In this document: positions 52,240 through 64,000 of the stretch, piece after piece
Layout: every line of letters begins with the position of its first letter
How positions within the stretch are numbered: position 1 is the first letter of the stretch
Source: Mobula hypostoma
Taxonomy: Eukaryota
Assembly (NCBI RefSeq): GCF_963921235.1
Contig: NC_086099.1
Span: forward strand, 135,904,001 to 135,968,000
Length of the DNA stretch: 64,000 bases
Direction: 5' to 3'
The notes under the pieces: generated by a model
Told to the model about the DNA's origin: nothing
The model's input: only the letters and a program-made list of their open reading frames with translations
The model's database searches: none
Position numbers and translations under genes: made by a program

Positions 52240-52845
52240 ATCGCTCAGTGATATGTCTTTGAACTGTGCATGGGAATCAAAGACAATCGGTACTTGTGCA
52301 GGTTTTTGGGGGTGGTAAACATTAATGTTTGGCAAATAGCAATTTTCTTTTTTGGGATCTGGTGGAGGAGCTTGTTCTTGAAAATCTTCTCCATGAACTC
52401 TGCATAATGATCTTTCATTCTGGTTTCATTCTTGATGTGCGACTGAGAGACATGGGTCAACTAAGGATCTGCTCTCTGTTATCTGGTACAAGTTATCATG
52501 GTGAGCGAAAAGTAGGGGGAGTGATCCAACTGTTTGACTCATCTTTGCTAAGCTCTCTGTCCATGATTTCAAGGAAGACCTCATCATCAATGGAAGGTGC
52601 TATCTTACAATCATCTTCTGAGTTTCAGAAGTCCAGCTTGCCTAAATCTGGTTGAGCAGAGGTAAGTATATGAGGGTGCTTGGATGGCTTATATACAATC
52701 TTCTCTTTCATATAGATTCTACTTGCAAAGGATCAGAAATGTCACCTATTCTCCAGGACATTAGACTTGACAGTGGACTGATGAGCACCATCAAGGCAGA
52801 CTCCAGTTGTTCGGCATAAGGTGCATTGTGTCATCCATTCACAAC
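52240..52845 (-). mobile_element. BEL/Pao LTR retrotransposon pol fragment (part 2)
   Basis: SIDDEVFLEIMDRELSKDESNSWI, YLPNINVYHPQKPAQVPIVFDS, HNAPYAEQL. Confidence 0.8.
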
Positions 52846-52849
52846 CCAG

Positions 52850-55205
52850 AGTATCCCAGGGCACTACATCTGTGTGAAGTGCACCCAACTGCAGTTCCTT
52901 GAAGACTGTCTTGGGGACATGGAGCAGCAGCTGGATGACCTTTGGCTTGTACAGGAGAGTGAGGAGATCATCAGTCAGTTACAGAGTCACCCCTAAGTGG
53001 CAGTAGGTGGGTAGCTGGGTGACTGTCAGGAGAAGAAATGGGAAAGTGAATACGCTGTTTGCACAGAGCACCCCTGTGGCCATTCCCTCAATAATGAGAA
53101 TACCATCAATGAGGATACTGTTGTGGGAGTGGCCTCCCAGAGAAATGCCATGGAGACCAGGTTACTGGCACTGAGCATGGGTCTGTGGTGTAGAAGAGAA
53201 AGAAGGAGAGGGAAGTGGTAGTGACAGGGGACTCAATAGCCAGAGGAAAAAACAGGAGATTCTGTGTACATGAATGGCACACCCGGATGGTGTGTTACCT
53301 CCCAGGCGCCAGGGTCAAGGATCATGTCCACAGCTTTTGAAGAGGGAGGGAGAACAGCCAGATGTCTTGGTACATATTGGTACCAATGACATAGGAAGGA
53401 AAAGTAATGAGGTCCTGAAGAGAGAATTTACAGAGCTAGGCAGAAAGTCAAGAAGCAGGACCTCTAGGGCGGTATTTCTGGATTGCTACCTGTGCCATGC
53501 ACTAGTCAGGGTCGAAGCAGGATGATTTAGCAGATAAATGTACGGCTGAGAAGCTGGTGCAGGGGGTAGGCCTTCAGGTTCTTGGATCTTTGGGATACCT
53601 TCTGGGGGAAGTATGACCTTACAAAAGAGACGGGTTGCATCTGAACCCAAGGGGAACCAATATTCGTGCTGGCAGGTTTGTTAAAGCTGTTGGGGAGGGC
53701 TTAAACTAATTTGGCAGGAGGATGGGAACCAGAGTGAAGTGTGCAGTCAGAATGTCAGGAAGCGCAGGCAAATGATAGGACATAATTATAGCCAGCAGGG
53801 TGAGTATCAGTGCATCAGGGATGCAGAATCAAAAGAGGTAGCAAATACAGTACTCAAAATGTTATATCTCAATGCACAGAGTATAAGAGATACTCTTATG
53901 GTGGATGATCTTGTTGCATTTTTACAGATTGTCGGGTATGAAGTTGTGCCATCACTGAATCGTGGCTGAAGGATGGTTTTAAGTTGGGAGCTGAACATCC
54001 AAGGTTACATATTGTATTGGAGCGATAGGAAGGTAGGCAGAGGGGGTGGTGTGGCTCTGCTGATAAAGAATTGCATCAAATCAGTAGAAAGATGTGACAT
54101 AGGATCAGAAGATATTGAATCCTTGTGGGTTGAGTTAAGAAACTGCAAGGGTAACGGGATCCTGATGGCAGCTATATAAAGCCTCAAAACAGTAGCTGGG
54201 ATGTGGACTACCGATTACAACGGGAAATAGAAAAGACCTGTCAAAAGGGCAATGTTATGATGGTTATGGGAGATTTTAACATGCAGGTAGACTGGAAAAA
54301 TCAGGTTGGTTATGGATCCCAAGAGTGTAAATGTGCTGAATGCTTATGAAATGGCTTTTTAGAGCAGTTTGTCATGAGCCTACTAGGAGATCAGCTATAT
54401 TGGATTGGGTGTTATGTAATGAACCCAAGGCAATTAGGGAGCTTAAGGTAAAGGAACCATAAGGAAAAGCGATCACAATATGATTGACGCAACATACATC
54501 AAAGTTGCTGGTGAACACAGCAGGCCAAGCAGCATCTATAGGAAGAGGCGCAGTCGACGTTTCAGGCCGAGACCCTTCGTCGACTGCGCCTCTTCCTATA
54601 GATGCTGCTTGGCCTGCTGCGTTCACCAGCAACTTTGATGTATGTTGCTTGAATTTCCAGCATCTGCACAATATGATTGAGTTCAATTTGAAATTTGATA
54701 GGAAGAAAGTAAAGTCTGATGTAGCAGTTCTTCAGTGGAGTAAAGGTAATTACAGTGGTATGAAAGAGGAGTTGGCCAAAGTAAATTGGAAGGATATGCT
54801 GGCAGGGATGACAGCAATGGCAGGCAACAATGGCTCGAGTTTCTGTGAAAATGAGGAAAGTGCAGGATAGACAGACTAGGTGTGGAAAGGATGTTTCCCA
54901 TTGCAGGGGAGTCTAAGGCAAGAGGGCACAGCCTCAGGACAGAGGGGTGTCCATTTAAAACAGAAACATGGGGAAATTTCTTTAGCCACAGGGTGGTAAG
55001 TTTGAGGAATTTGTTACCAAGGTGGCTGTGGAGGCCAAATTGTTGGATATATTTAAAGTGGAGTTTGATGGGTTCTTGACTGACCATGGCATCAAAGGTT
55101 ACAGGGAGCAGGTGGGGGAGTGGGGCTGAGGAGGAGGGAGCAAAGGAACAGCCATGATTGAATGGTGGAGCAGACTCAATGGGGTCAAATGGCCTAATTC
55201 TGCTC
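52850..55205 (+). mobile_element. CR1 LINE with ORF1 (zinc finger plus SGNH esterase), start of ORF2, large internal deletion (~54870) and 3' end
   Basis: CVKCTQLQFL; VVVTGDSI and VLVHIGTNDIGRK esterase blocks; LKMLYLNAQSIR, VMGDFNM; jump to MFPIAGESKARGH...NFFSHRVV. Confidence 0.88.
54488..54666. mobile_element. 179-bp PLE-derived fold-back (hairpin) insertion
   Basis: 71-bp arms 54489-54559 and 54578-54648 (1 mismatch), 18-nt loop; 14-bp TSD CACAATATGATTGA at 54474-54487 and 54667-54680. Confidence 0.92.
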
Positions 55206-55410
55206 CCACAGCGCCAAAAAAAGCATTCACCCCCCTTGGAATTTTTCATGTTTTATTGTTTTACAACATTGAATCTCAGTGCATTTAATTTGGCTTTTTA
55301 CTTATGCAAAATAAATGACTGCATAAGTATTTAACCCCTTTAATATATCACACCAAATCATCACTGGTGCAGCTAATTGGTTTTAGAAGTAATCTAATTA
55401 GTTAAATAGA

Positions 55411-56119
55411 GACAACACATACAAAATGATGGTGGAATGCAGCAGGCCAGGCAGCATCTCTAGGAAGAAGTATAGTCGACGTTTCGGGTCGAGACCCTTC
55501 GTCAGGACTAACGGAAAAAAGAGATAGTAAGAGATTTGAAAGTGGGAGGGGGAGGGGGAGTCCCAAAATGATAGGAGAAGACAGGTGGGGGAGGGATGAA
55601 GCTGGGAAGTTGATTGGCAAAAGGGATACAAGGCTGGAGAAGGGGGATTATCATGGGATGGAAGGCCTTGGAAGAAGGAAAGGGGGAGGGAAGCACCAGA
55701 GGAAGATGGAGAACAGGCAAGGAGTTATTGTGAGGGAGAAAGAGAGAAGAAAAAAAATTAGGGATGGGGTAAGAAGGGGAGGAAGGGTATTAATGGAAGT
55801 TAGAGACTTCAATGGGACTTGGAATTAAGATGCGTGGCCACTGGGAGATCCTGCTTCCTCTGGCGGACAAAGCATAGGTGTTCAGCGAAGTGGTCTCCCA
55901 ATCTGTGTTGGGTCTCACCAATATATAGAAGGCCACACTGGGAGGTCCGGACACAGTATATCACACCAGCAGACTCGCAAGTGAAGTGTCGCCTCACCTG
56001 GAAGGTCTGTCTGGGGCCCCAAATGGTGGTGAGGGAGGAAGTGTGTAGCACTTGTTCTGCTTACAAGGATAAGTGCCAGGAGGTAGATTGGTGGGAAGGA
56101 ATGGGGGGAACGAATGGAC
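55411..56119 (-). mobile_element. Penelope-like element copy 1 (hammerhead motif ~55474-55510)
   Basis: VIYCVRTSQCGLLYIGETQHRLGDHFAEHL; minus-strand TAGTCCTGACGAAGGGTCTCGACCCGAAACGTCGACTA. Confidence 0.9.
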
Positions 56120-56310
56120 AATAACCTCAAGCATGAAGTCAAAACTACACAGGAATAGCTTAACAACAACAAAGTTAATGTCCTGGAGTGGCCAAGTCAG
56201 AGTCCAGACCTAAATCCAATTGAGAATTTGCAGCTGAATTTGAAAAGGAGCTGTTCATTCACAGAGCTTGAGCAGTTTTGTAAAGAAAAATAGGGAAAAA
56301 TTGCCGTGAC

Positions 56311-57176
56311 GACGAGCAACACATACAAAATGCTGGTGAACGCAGCACGCCAGGCAGCATCTATAGGAAGAAGTACAGCTGACGTTTTGGGCTTAGGACT
56401 AACTGAAAGCAGAGATAGTAAGAGATTTTAAAGGGGGAGGGGGAGGGGGAGATCCAAAATGATAGGAGAAGACAGGAGGGGGAGGGATGAAGCTAAGAGC
56501 TGGAAAGTTGATTGGCAAAAGGGATACAGAGCTGGAGAAGTGGGAGGATCATGGGACGGGAGGCCTAGGGAGAAAGAAAGGGGGAGGGGAGCCCAGAGGA
56601 AGATGGAGAGCAGGCAAGGAGTGATAGTGAGAGGGACAGAGAGATTAAAAGGGGGGGGGGGAAAGAACAAATAATAAATAAATAAATAAGGGATGGGGTA
56701 TGAAGGGAAGGAGGGGCATTAATTGAAGTTAGAGAAATCGATGTTCATGCCATCAGGTTGGAGGCTACCCAGACGGAATATAAGGTGTTGTTCCTCCAAC
56801 CTGAGTGTGGCTTCATCTTTACAGTAGAGGAGGCTGTGGATAGACATATCAGAATGGGAATGGGATGTGGAATTAAAATGTGTGGCCACTGGGAGATCCT
56901 GCTTGCTCTGGCGGACAGAGCGTAGGTGTTCAGCAAAATGATCCCCCAGTCTGCGTCGGGTCTCACCAATATATAGAAGGCCGCATCGGGAGCACCGGAT
57001 GCAGTATATCACACTAGCCGACTCACACGTGAAGTGTCGCCTCACCTGGAAGGACTATATGGGGCCCTGAATGGTGGTGAGGGAGGAAGTATAAGGGCAT
57101 GTGTAGCACTTGTTCTGCTTACAGGGATAAGTGCCAGGAGGGAGATTGGTGGGAAGGAATGGGGGGGATAAATGGA
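56311..57176 (-). mobile_element. Penelope-like element copy 2
   Basis: Intact GIY-YIG ORF 56719-57045 VIYCIRCSRCGLLYIGETRRRLGDHFAEH. Confidence 0.9.
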
Positions 57177-57368
57177 CAGTAACCTCAAGCATTAAGTCAA
57201 AACTACACAAGAATGGCTTAACAACAACAAAGTTAATGTCCTGGAGTGGCCAAGTCAGAGTCCAGACCTAAATCCAATTGAGAATTTGCAGCTGAATTTG
57301 AAAAGGAGCTGTTCATTCACAGAGCTTGAGCAGTTTTGTAAAGAAAAATAGGGAAAAATTGCCGTGAC

Positions 57369-58640
57369 GACGAGCAACACACACAAAATGCTGGTGAACG
57401 CAGCACGCCAGGCAGCATCTATAGGAAGAAGTACAGTTGACGTTTCGGGCCGAGACCCTTCCTTAGGACTAACTGAAAGAAGAGATAGTAAGAGATTTTA
57501 AAGGGGGAGGGGGAGGGGGAGATCCGAAATGATAGGAGAAGACAGGAGGGGGAGGGATGAAGCTAAGAGCTGGAAAGTTGATTGGCAAAAGGGATACAGA
57601 GCTGAAGAAGTGGGAGGATCATGGGATGGGAGGCCTAGGGAGAAAGAAAGGGGGAGGGGAGCCCAGAGGAAGATGGAGAGCAGGCAAGGAGTGATAATGA
57701 GAGGGACAGAGAGATTAAAAGGGGGGCAAATAATAAATAAATAAATAAGGGATGGGGTAAGAAGGGAAGGAGGGGCATTAATGGAAGTTAGAGAAATCGA
57801 TGTTCATGCCGTCAGGTTGGAGGCTACCCAGACGGAATATAAGGTGTTGTTCCTCCAACCTGAGTGTGGCTTCATCTTGAAGGCCATGGATTGACATATC
57901 AGAATGGGAATGGGATATGGAATTAAAATGTGTGGCCACTGGGAGATCCTGCTTTCTCTGGCGGACAGAGTGTAGGTGTTCAGTGAAATGGTCTCCCAGT
58001 CTCCATTGGGTCTCACCAATATATAGAAGGTCGCATCGGGAGCACCGGATGCAGTATATCACGCCAGCTGACTCACAGGTGAAGTGTCACCTCACCTGGA
58101 AGGACTGTCTGGGGCCCTGAATGGTGGTGAGGGAGGAAGTATAAGGGCATGTGTAGCACTTGTTCTGCTTACAAGGATAAGTGCCGGGGGGGAGATCGGT
58201 GGGAAGGGATGGGGCGGACGAATGGACCAGGGAGTTGCGTAGGGAGCGATCCCTGCGGAAAGCAGAAAGAGGGGGGGTGAGAGAAAGATGTGCTTGGTGG
58301 TGGGATCCCGTTGAAGGTGGCAGAAGTTACAGAGAATTATATGTTGGACCTGGAGGCTGGTGAGGTGGTAGGTGAGGACAAGGGGAACCCTATCGCTAGT
58401 GAGGTGGCGGGAGGATGGGGTGAGAGCAGATGTGCGTGAAATGGGAGAGATGCATTTGAGAACAGAGTTGAAGGTGGAGGAAAGTAAGGCCCTTTCTTTA
58501 AAAAATGAAGACATCTCCTTCGTCCTGGAATTAAAAAGCCTTATCCTGAGAGTAGATGCGGCGTACGGAAGAATTGCGAGAAGGGGATGGCATTTTTGCA
58601 AGAGACAGGGTGGGAAGAGGAATAGTCCAGGTAGCTGTGA
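57369..58640 (-). mobile_element. Penelope-like element copy 3
   Basis: GIY-YIG ORF 57778-58062 plus upstream DRVPLVLTYH linker and HSYLDYSSSHP RT C-terminal motif. Confidence 0.9.
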
Positions 58641-58969
58641 GAAATTGCAGTGGCCAGATGTGCAAAACTGATATCAAGACCTATCCACACAGACTCAAGG
58701 CTGTAATTGCTGCCAAAATTGCATCTACTAAATACTGACTTAAGGGGTGGGGGTGAGTAATTATGCAATCAATTATTTTGTGTTTTACATTTGTAATTAA
58801 TTTAGATCACTCTGTAGAGATCTTTTTTCACTTTGACGTCTTTTTTTCTGTTGATCAGTGTCAAAAAAGCCAAATTAAACCACTGTGATTCAATGTTGTA
58901 AAACAATAAAACATGAAAACTTCCAACGGGTTGCGAGGGCGGGGGGAATACTTTTCATAGGCACTGTAT

Positions 58970-59270
58970 GTCTTAAGGTTTTATTGTGCTGTTCACATAC
59001 CTTATGTGCATGGATGGTGTATCTGCCAAGCAACAGCATGATCCCAGCAGAAGAGTCAAGTGGGGGTATATTGTCAGCTATGTCTGTAATATGTGAATGA
59101 CTGCATGCTACTTCAGGAGTTAGGATTTCATCCCTGTCATTGGGAATATGGTTACACTTAATGAGGTTTGGCAAGGGTAAGCAGACCTCCCCTCCTAGTG
59201 ATTCCATGAGAAATTTATTAGCTCTTCTTCTGGCAATTTCTGCTGTCCCAGCAGATGCCTTTACAGTATA
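58970..59270 (-). mobile_element. BEL/Pao pol fragment (part 1, continues at ~52845)
   Basis: LPLPNLIKCNHIPNDRDEILTPEVA...IPPLDSSAGIMLLLGRYTIHAHKV. Confidence 0.8.
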
Positions 59271-59319
59271 TGGAAGAACAAAACATTAAATACTGAATGT
59301 ACCAAATGTTAATTTTTCA

Positions 59320-60290
59320 GGGTCAGAATCAGAACCAGGTTTATTATCATTGGCATATGTCATGAAATTTGTTAACAGCAGCAGCAGTACAATGCAACAT
59401 ATGATAATACAGAAAGAATAAATAAATAAATTACAGTAAGTATATACTGTATATGTATACTAAATAGATTAAAAATAGTCCAAAACAGAAGTAATATATA
59501 TTAATACAAAAATAAGGTAGTGTTCATGGGTTCAACGTCTATTTCAGAATCATATAACAGAGGGAAAGCAGATGTTCCTGAATCGCTAAGTGTGTGTCTT
59601 CAGGCTTCTGTACCTCCTACCTAATGGTAACAATGAGAAGAGAGGATGCACTGTGTGATGGGGGTCCCTAATAATGGCTGACCCCTTTCTGAGGCAATGC
59701 TCCTTGAAGATGTCTTGGATACCTTGGAGGCTAGTAACCAAGATGGAACTAACTAACTTTACAACTTTCTCTAGCTTCTTTTGGTCCTGTGCAGTAGCCC
59801 ATACCAGACTCTTCCGGGGTGCCTTGAAGACAGCGATCTCGTGCAGCATAGCTCGATGGATATGATTTTGCCAATGACACATTGCTCTGTTCATTTAGTA
59901 ACACATATTTTTTGCTCAGGTTGCCGTTTTGGGTTGATGTGGGCTAAATGTATACTGGAGCAGGATTTCCCTTGGAAACTTTTTCTGCATCACCTTTTAA
60001 AGATATTCCTGATACCGGGAGGCTAATAGCTATGAAGGAGCTGGCTGAGTTTGCAAGTATCTGCAGCTTTTTCTGATCTTGTTCAGTAGCCCTTCCATAC
60101 CGGAGGGTGATGCAACCAGTTAGAATGCTCCCCACCATACACCTGTAGAAATTTGACAGAGTCTTTGGTGACATACCAAGTCTCCTCAAACTGCTGCGTC
60201 TTCTTTGTAATTGCATCAATATGTTGGGGCTATATAGATCTTTGGAGATATTGACACCCAGGAACTTGAAAGTGCTCACCTTTCCCATCC
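59320..60290 (-). mobile_element. Rex1/Babar-type LINE 3' fragments
   Basis: VSTFKFLGVNISKDL, LRRLGMSPKTLSNFYRCMVGSILTGCIT, HPLFSLLPLGRRYRSLKTHT; (TTCTGA)n-type tail. Confidence 0.75.
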
Positions 60291-61589
60291 AATCTACCAC
60301 ACCGTACAAATAGATACATCTCTATCTCATAAACCGACCCACATTCCCCATTTCTTTTGATTCTCAAGGTGCCCAATTCAAGATATCATGCTGTTAAAGA
60401 AAATAGTGATTGTCAAAACTCCTGCCAAAAATAGTAATGCAATCACGGGGATCTAACCACACTGAGAACTCAAGAAGTGCGAAACATAATTATCAGTTTC
60501 AAACATTCACTTTTATCACGACAACAATCTTGATCACTTAGCTAAAGGTGTAAAGGGAATAGAATGAATTTCATATCAGAAGTATAAATTTGCATGGACT
60601 TTTAACAGGAGGCAAGAGGACTGAATAATCAATCCTTAACATTCAGTACACTTGGCACCCCATTTTCAGTATCCTCAAACATCAACTTACCGAGGCCAGT
60701 CCCATAAATACTGTGACTACGTGGGCAGGTAAGAGGCCGAGTGTCTTAGTTAAAATACCCTGATAACTCAAAGACATCCCATCTGTCTAAATATTCAATG
60801 CAGTTACTCATCTGAGGTAAACCAACTGCATCTCCCAAATGTGCAATTTCTACCACTGAGGATAAGGGCTGCCTGGGAACACCACTACTTGCAGGTTCTC
60901 CTCTAAATCATACATTGTTCTGACTAGCAAATACATGACTCTTTATTCATTATCACAGGGTATAAATCCTGGAATTCCCTTTTCAAAAAATTGAGTACAT
61001 CTTCATCAATAGGTCTTCAGATTTCAAGCTTACCAAATTTCTCAATGGCAATTACGGGAAGGAAATAAATACAGACCTTGCCAAAGCTGTCATATCTTAC
61101 CTGAAGCTACATAAATGCACAATCAATTGTTTACAACAGTCACAGTGTTGAAAGAGATTATTTGCATTCTATGAGGGTGGTTAAGGCCAAATTGGCCTGA
61201 AAACGTTTCCAGTTTTCTTCAAATAAGTTTTCTTTTTTTTACAGAAATACAACACCTTTCCTTTCGGAACTCAATGAACTAGAGGGAATTGAACTTATAT
61301 TCTTGGCTTCTAAAGCAACAGTGGTACTACACAGCCAAGGCAAAAACTTCAGTCAGCACTGAGTTAGAAGACTGTGGGTTCAAATTGCACCACATGTTTT
61401 CTCAGCCAACATTCCCACCGCAACATCTGGGGGATTTGTATCCTGGTCCACTTTTCAAGAGAAAACAAGTCTTATGGCACTCTTCGAAACAGCAGAAAAT
61501 GTATTTGTGCTCTGCCCAATTTTAACACTTAATCAAGATTATATAAAACCAGCAGTGAGATTAAAAACCATTATCTCACTTGTTGAAAA

Positions 61590-62350
61590 TCTGCGTGCGC
61601 AGAGACCATTATCTCAATGGGGGGGGGGGGAGGACGGGACGGCGGCAAGCAACACCTGCCTGAACAGGTACGGGATTCTCCCACAGCGCCACTTTATCGC
61701 AGCTATTTCAGGGTCTAATAACTCCCACCTCGGTGTATTGTCTGCATCATCGCCTCTTTGTTTGCAAGAACTATATTTACTTAAGTGCGAGATTCAGGTG
61801 CTGTACAGCTGGAAGGGCCTTACAAGACCGGTCACTGAATTGCCCGATACCGACCCATCACCTCTGCCTGGCAACTGTCAATCACCCGCAGCGAACAGCT
61901 GTGCCCATCCTCAAGAGAGCACCAAAACATTTTGTTTTGCAGGAACCTCGTCGTGTGGCTGTAAAGTTTTGTCAGGTTCTGATAACATACCCTAGGCATC
62001 ACTTTATAAAACGGTTTCTTTGGCTTAAAATTGATGGCGTGGGCAGGAAGTGATTCGCAACCGCACTGCAAGTTATCCGGCCCGAGTGAGCAGGCCGGTA
62101 AAAGCCTGGAACTCGATTTCTCCGTGGCGGCTGTGCTGCCTGCGGGCGGTAGTGGGGAGAGAATGGGAACGGCAATCCCTAAGCAATTCTGCCGCCTCTT
62201 CCAGAGGCCGCTCATCAGCCTAACGCTGGAAGCTTTTGAGAGGTGAGTGGAAGTGCTGGGAGATTTACACAACTTCCTCCCTGCCCTGACGTCATTGAGA
62301 GGGCTACACCTTTACAAAGAAATAGACTTGGATTCCGCACACGCATTCAC
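61590..62350 (+). promoter_or_regulatory. CpG-rich promoter/exon-1 region of CRPPA
   Basis: Elevated CpG/GC content in non-repeat DNA around the first coding exon. Confidence 0.55.
62034..62242 (+). CDS. CRPPA: CRPPA (ISPD, CDP-L-ribitol pyrophosphorylase A) exon 1; gene continues beyond the window
   Basis: [40 protein letters not shown] is the IspD nucleotidyltransferase N-terminal motif; phase-2 donor GAGAG|GTGAGT; position next to SOSTDC1 as in human. Confidence 0.93.
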
Positions 62351-64000
62351 TGTCTGAGCATCCCGAGTAGCAGAGCGTTTGGTTGCAAAACCTCTATTTA
62401 ACATGTAGAAGTTACTTGGATCACTGAAGTGAACCAAAACTATTGCAGCAAGTGTTACCAAGTCAGGCTACAGGCATTCTGAAAGTTATTTTAAATTTAA
62501 AATGCTCCGAATATTTTTCCTTATCATCTTTTGCCATCCCATCCAGCTCTTTTTTTCCTGAGATATCAGTACTCTTCTAATTGTCTGTTGCTGGTAAAGC
62601 CCAAATCCCCGGGGTACTTGTCTGACTGAAGCCCGAGGATACTGACAACTATGTGTATAGGTTCAGTTTGACTTGGCTGAGCTATGGGGGACTTACTAAC
62701 AGGTGCCACTTTCAAGTTTCACTTGGCATCTGTGCAGAGGTGTGGCACTTAGTGAAGTAAAGGGGATCATTAATCAAAATTGGATTCTTTTCCAAGGTGG
62801 CAACTTCAAGTTTGCAGTGACATTCACTCATAGGAGGGAGATGAATGACCTTACTTAGGTTCGGAGTGCCTTTGTTTTGCAGATGTGGATGCCATTTACA
62901 AATATTTTTGCATTTGTATAACAGGTGAGCTATTTTGGACTGAGAAGAGAAACGTCCATTCACTCAGAGGATGGTGAATATAGTATTTGGAATTCTAATC
63001 CAAAGGACAGCCTAGTCATAGATAAAGGAATCAGAATCAGATTTATTACTACTGACATGTGCTGTGATTTTTTTTGTGGTAGTACATTGCAGGACTTTAA
63101 GGATGGTATCATGGAATGAATAGTGCTGGAATAAGGCAGGGCATTGAGGTAGAAGTTCAGGCATGAAATTAAAGAATGCAGAGCAGGATTAGGGGCCCTA
63201 CATACTTTACTCCTACTCCAGTTTCTTTGTTTCCTATGGGAAAGGAAAAAAAAATGTGCTGAGGCAGGCTTGGGTTTTATTGGCTATTTTATATCTGAGC
63301 AGACCTCCACTAAACTCTGGAATTTTATCCCGATACCTCTCTGCCTCATATCTCTACTTAACCCTTTAAGCCCCACTTTAAAGTCTACCTATTTACATAA
63401 AGGTTTGCAATCATGATGAGTCCTAATATTTTCTTATACTGCTTGATGCTACTTCTGTTTGATAAACTCCTGTGAAGCACTTGGACATGGTTTAAAAAGA
63501 TTACTGTTAACAAAGTAAAACATTGAAGACGCGCATTCTGCAGATTTGGAGAAACGTATTCTCAGATTCAATATGGTGCATTGAGTAATAATTTCGTAAA
63601 ACTGGGCTCATTATTTGTGAAGGGGAAAGTATGTCATGTTGCATGTATCACTTTGAAAACCCTGAATGGAATAGGAATTGTGCTCAGAAGGTGCTCCTTA
63701 CCCTGTGTGAAATATTTTTCTGAGGTGAGTCAATAAATGCAGGATTCCCAGCCTCTGATATGCTGATGCATGTTTGTAATCACTATATTTGTGTGGCCTA
63801 TCCAGTTGTGCTTCTGATCAACAGTGACTGAAAGATACTGATGATAAGGGACTTGAGAGTTATGCTATTGAACATCTCTGGTAGGTTTTTAGCTTCTCTC
63901 TTTCAGGAGATGGTCAATGCATGCAATCTTTGTGATGCAATATTAGTTGCTATTTAGCAGCTCTGATATAAAAGCTATCTAAGGCTTACTGAAAGTTAGC

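Larger units (their letters stand above)
55209..58966 (+). mobile_element. Tc1 transposon, fragmented by PLE insertions
   Basis: TIRs CAGCGCCAAAAAAAGCATTCACCCCC and GGGGAATACTTTTCATAGGCACTG|TA; transposase piece [19 protein letters not shown] at 56120-56310 and 57177-57367. Confidence 0.85.

Noticed and set aside
61474-62272. Overlapping 173-, 106- and 146-aa ORFs near CRPPA
   Set aside because: No recognisable motifs; expected by chance in a GC-rich promoter region. Only 62034-62242 matches IspD

Overview
Vertebrate genomic DNA, very probably a cartilaginous fish (shark/ray-type CR1, Penelope, V-SINE and Rex/Babar repeat landscape; taxon is inference). It holds three host genes in the conserved vertebrate order. 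(1) LRRC72, minus strand: six well-supported coding exons between 8133 and 18696 plus a probable 15-nt first coding exon at 32844-32858; the last exons were not found. (2) SOSTDC1, plus strand: complete, two exons, 223 aa. (3) CRPPA/ISPD, plus strand: exon 1 only. Most of the rest is decayed, often nested, transposable elements: Penelope-like elements (PLEs, GIY-YIG) carrying minimal hammerhead ribozyme motifs, CR1 LINEs, Rex/Babar-type LINEs, a near full-length HERO-type RLE retrotransposon, three Gypsy lineages, BEL/Pao, a class III ERV-like RT remnant, Tc1, hAT and Harbinger DNA elements, and tRNA-derived SINEs. I see no new protein-coding system. The most unusual signals involve the PLEs: a graded series of fold-back insertions with TSDs (103, 179 and 924 bp), two SINE copies joined to the same PLE hammerhead-proximal sequence, and a tandemly duplicated PLE-Tc1 chimera. 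Repeat boundaries are approximate unless a TSD or TIR is quoted.
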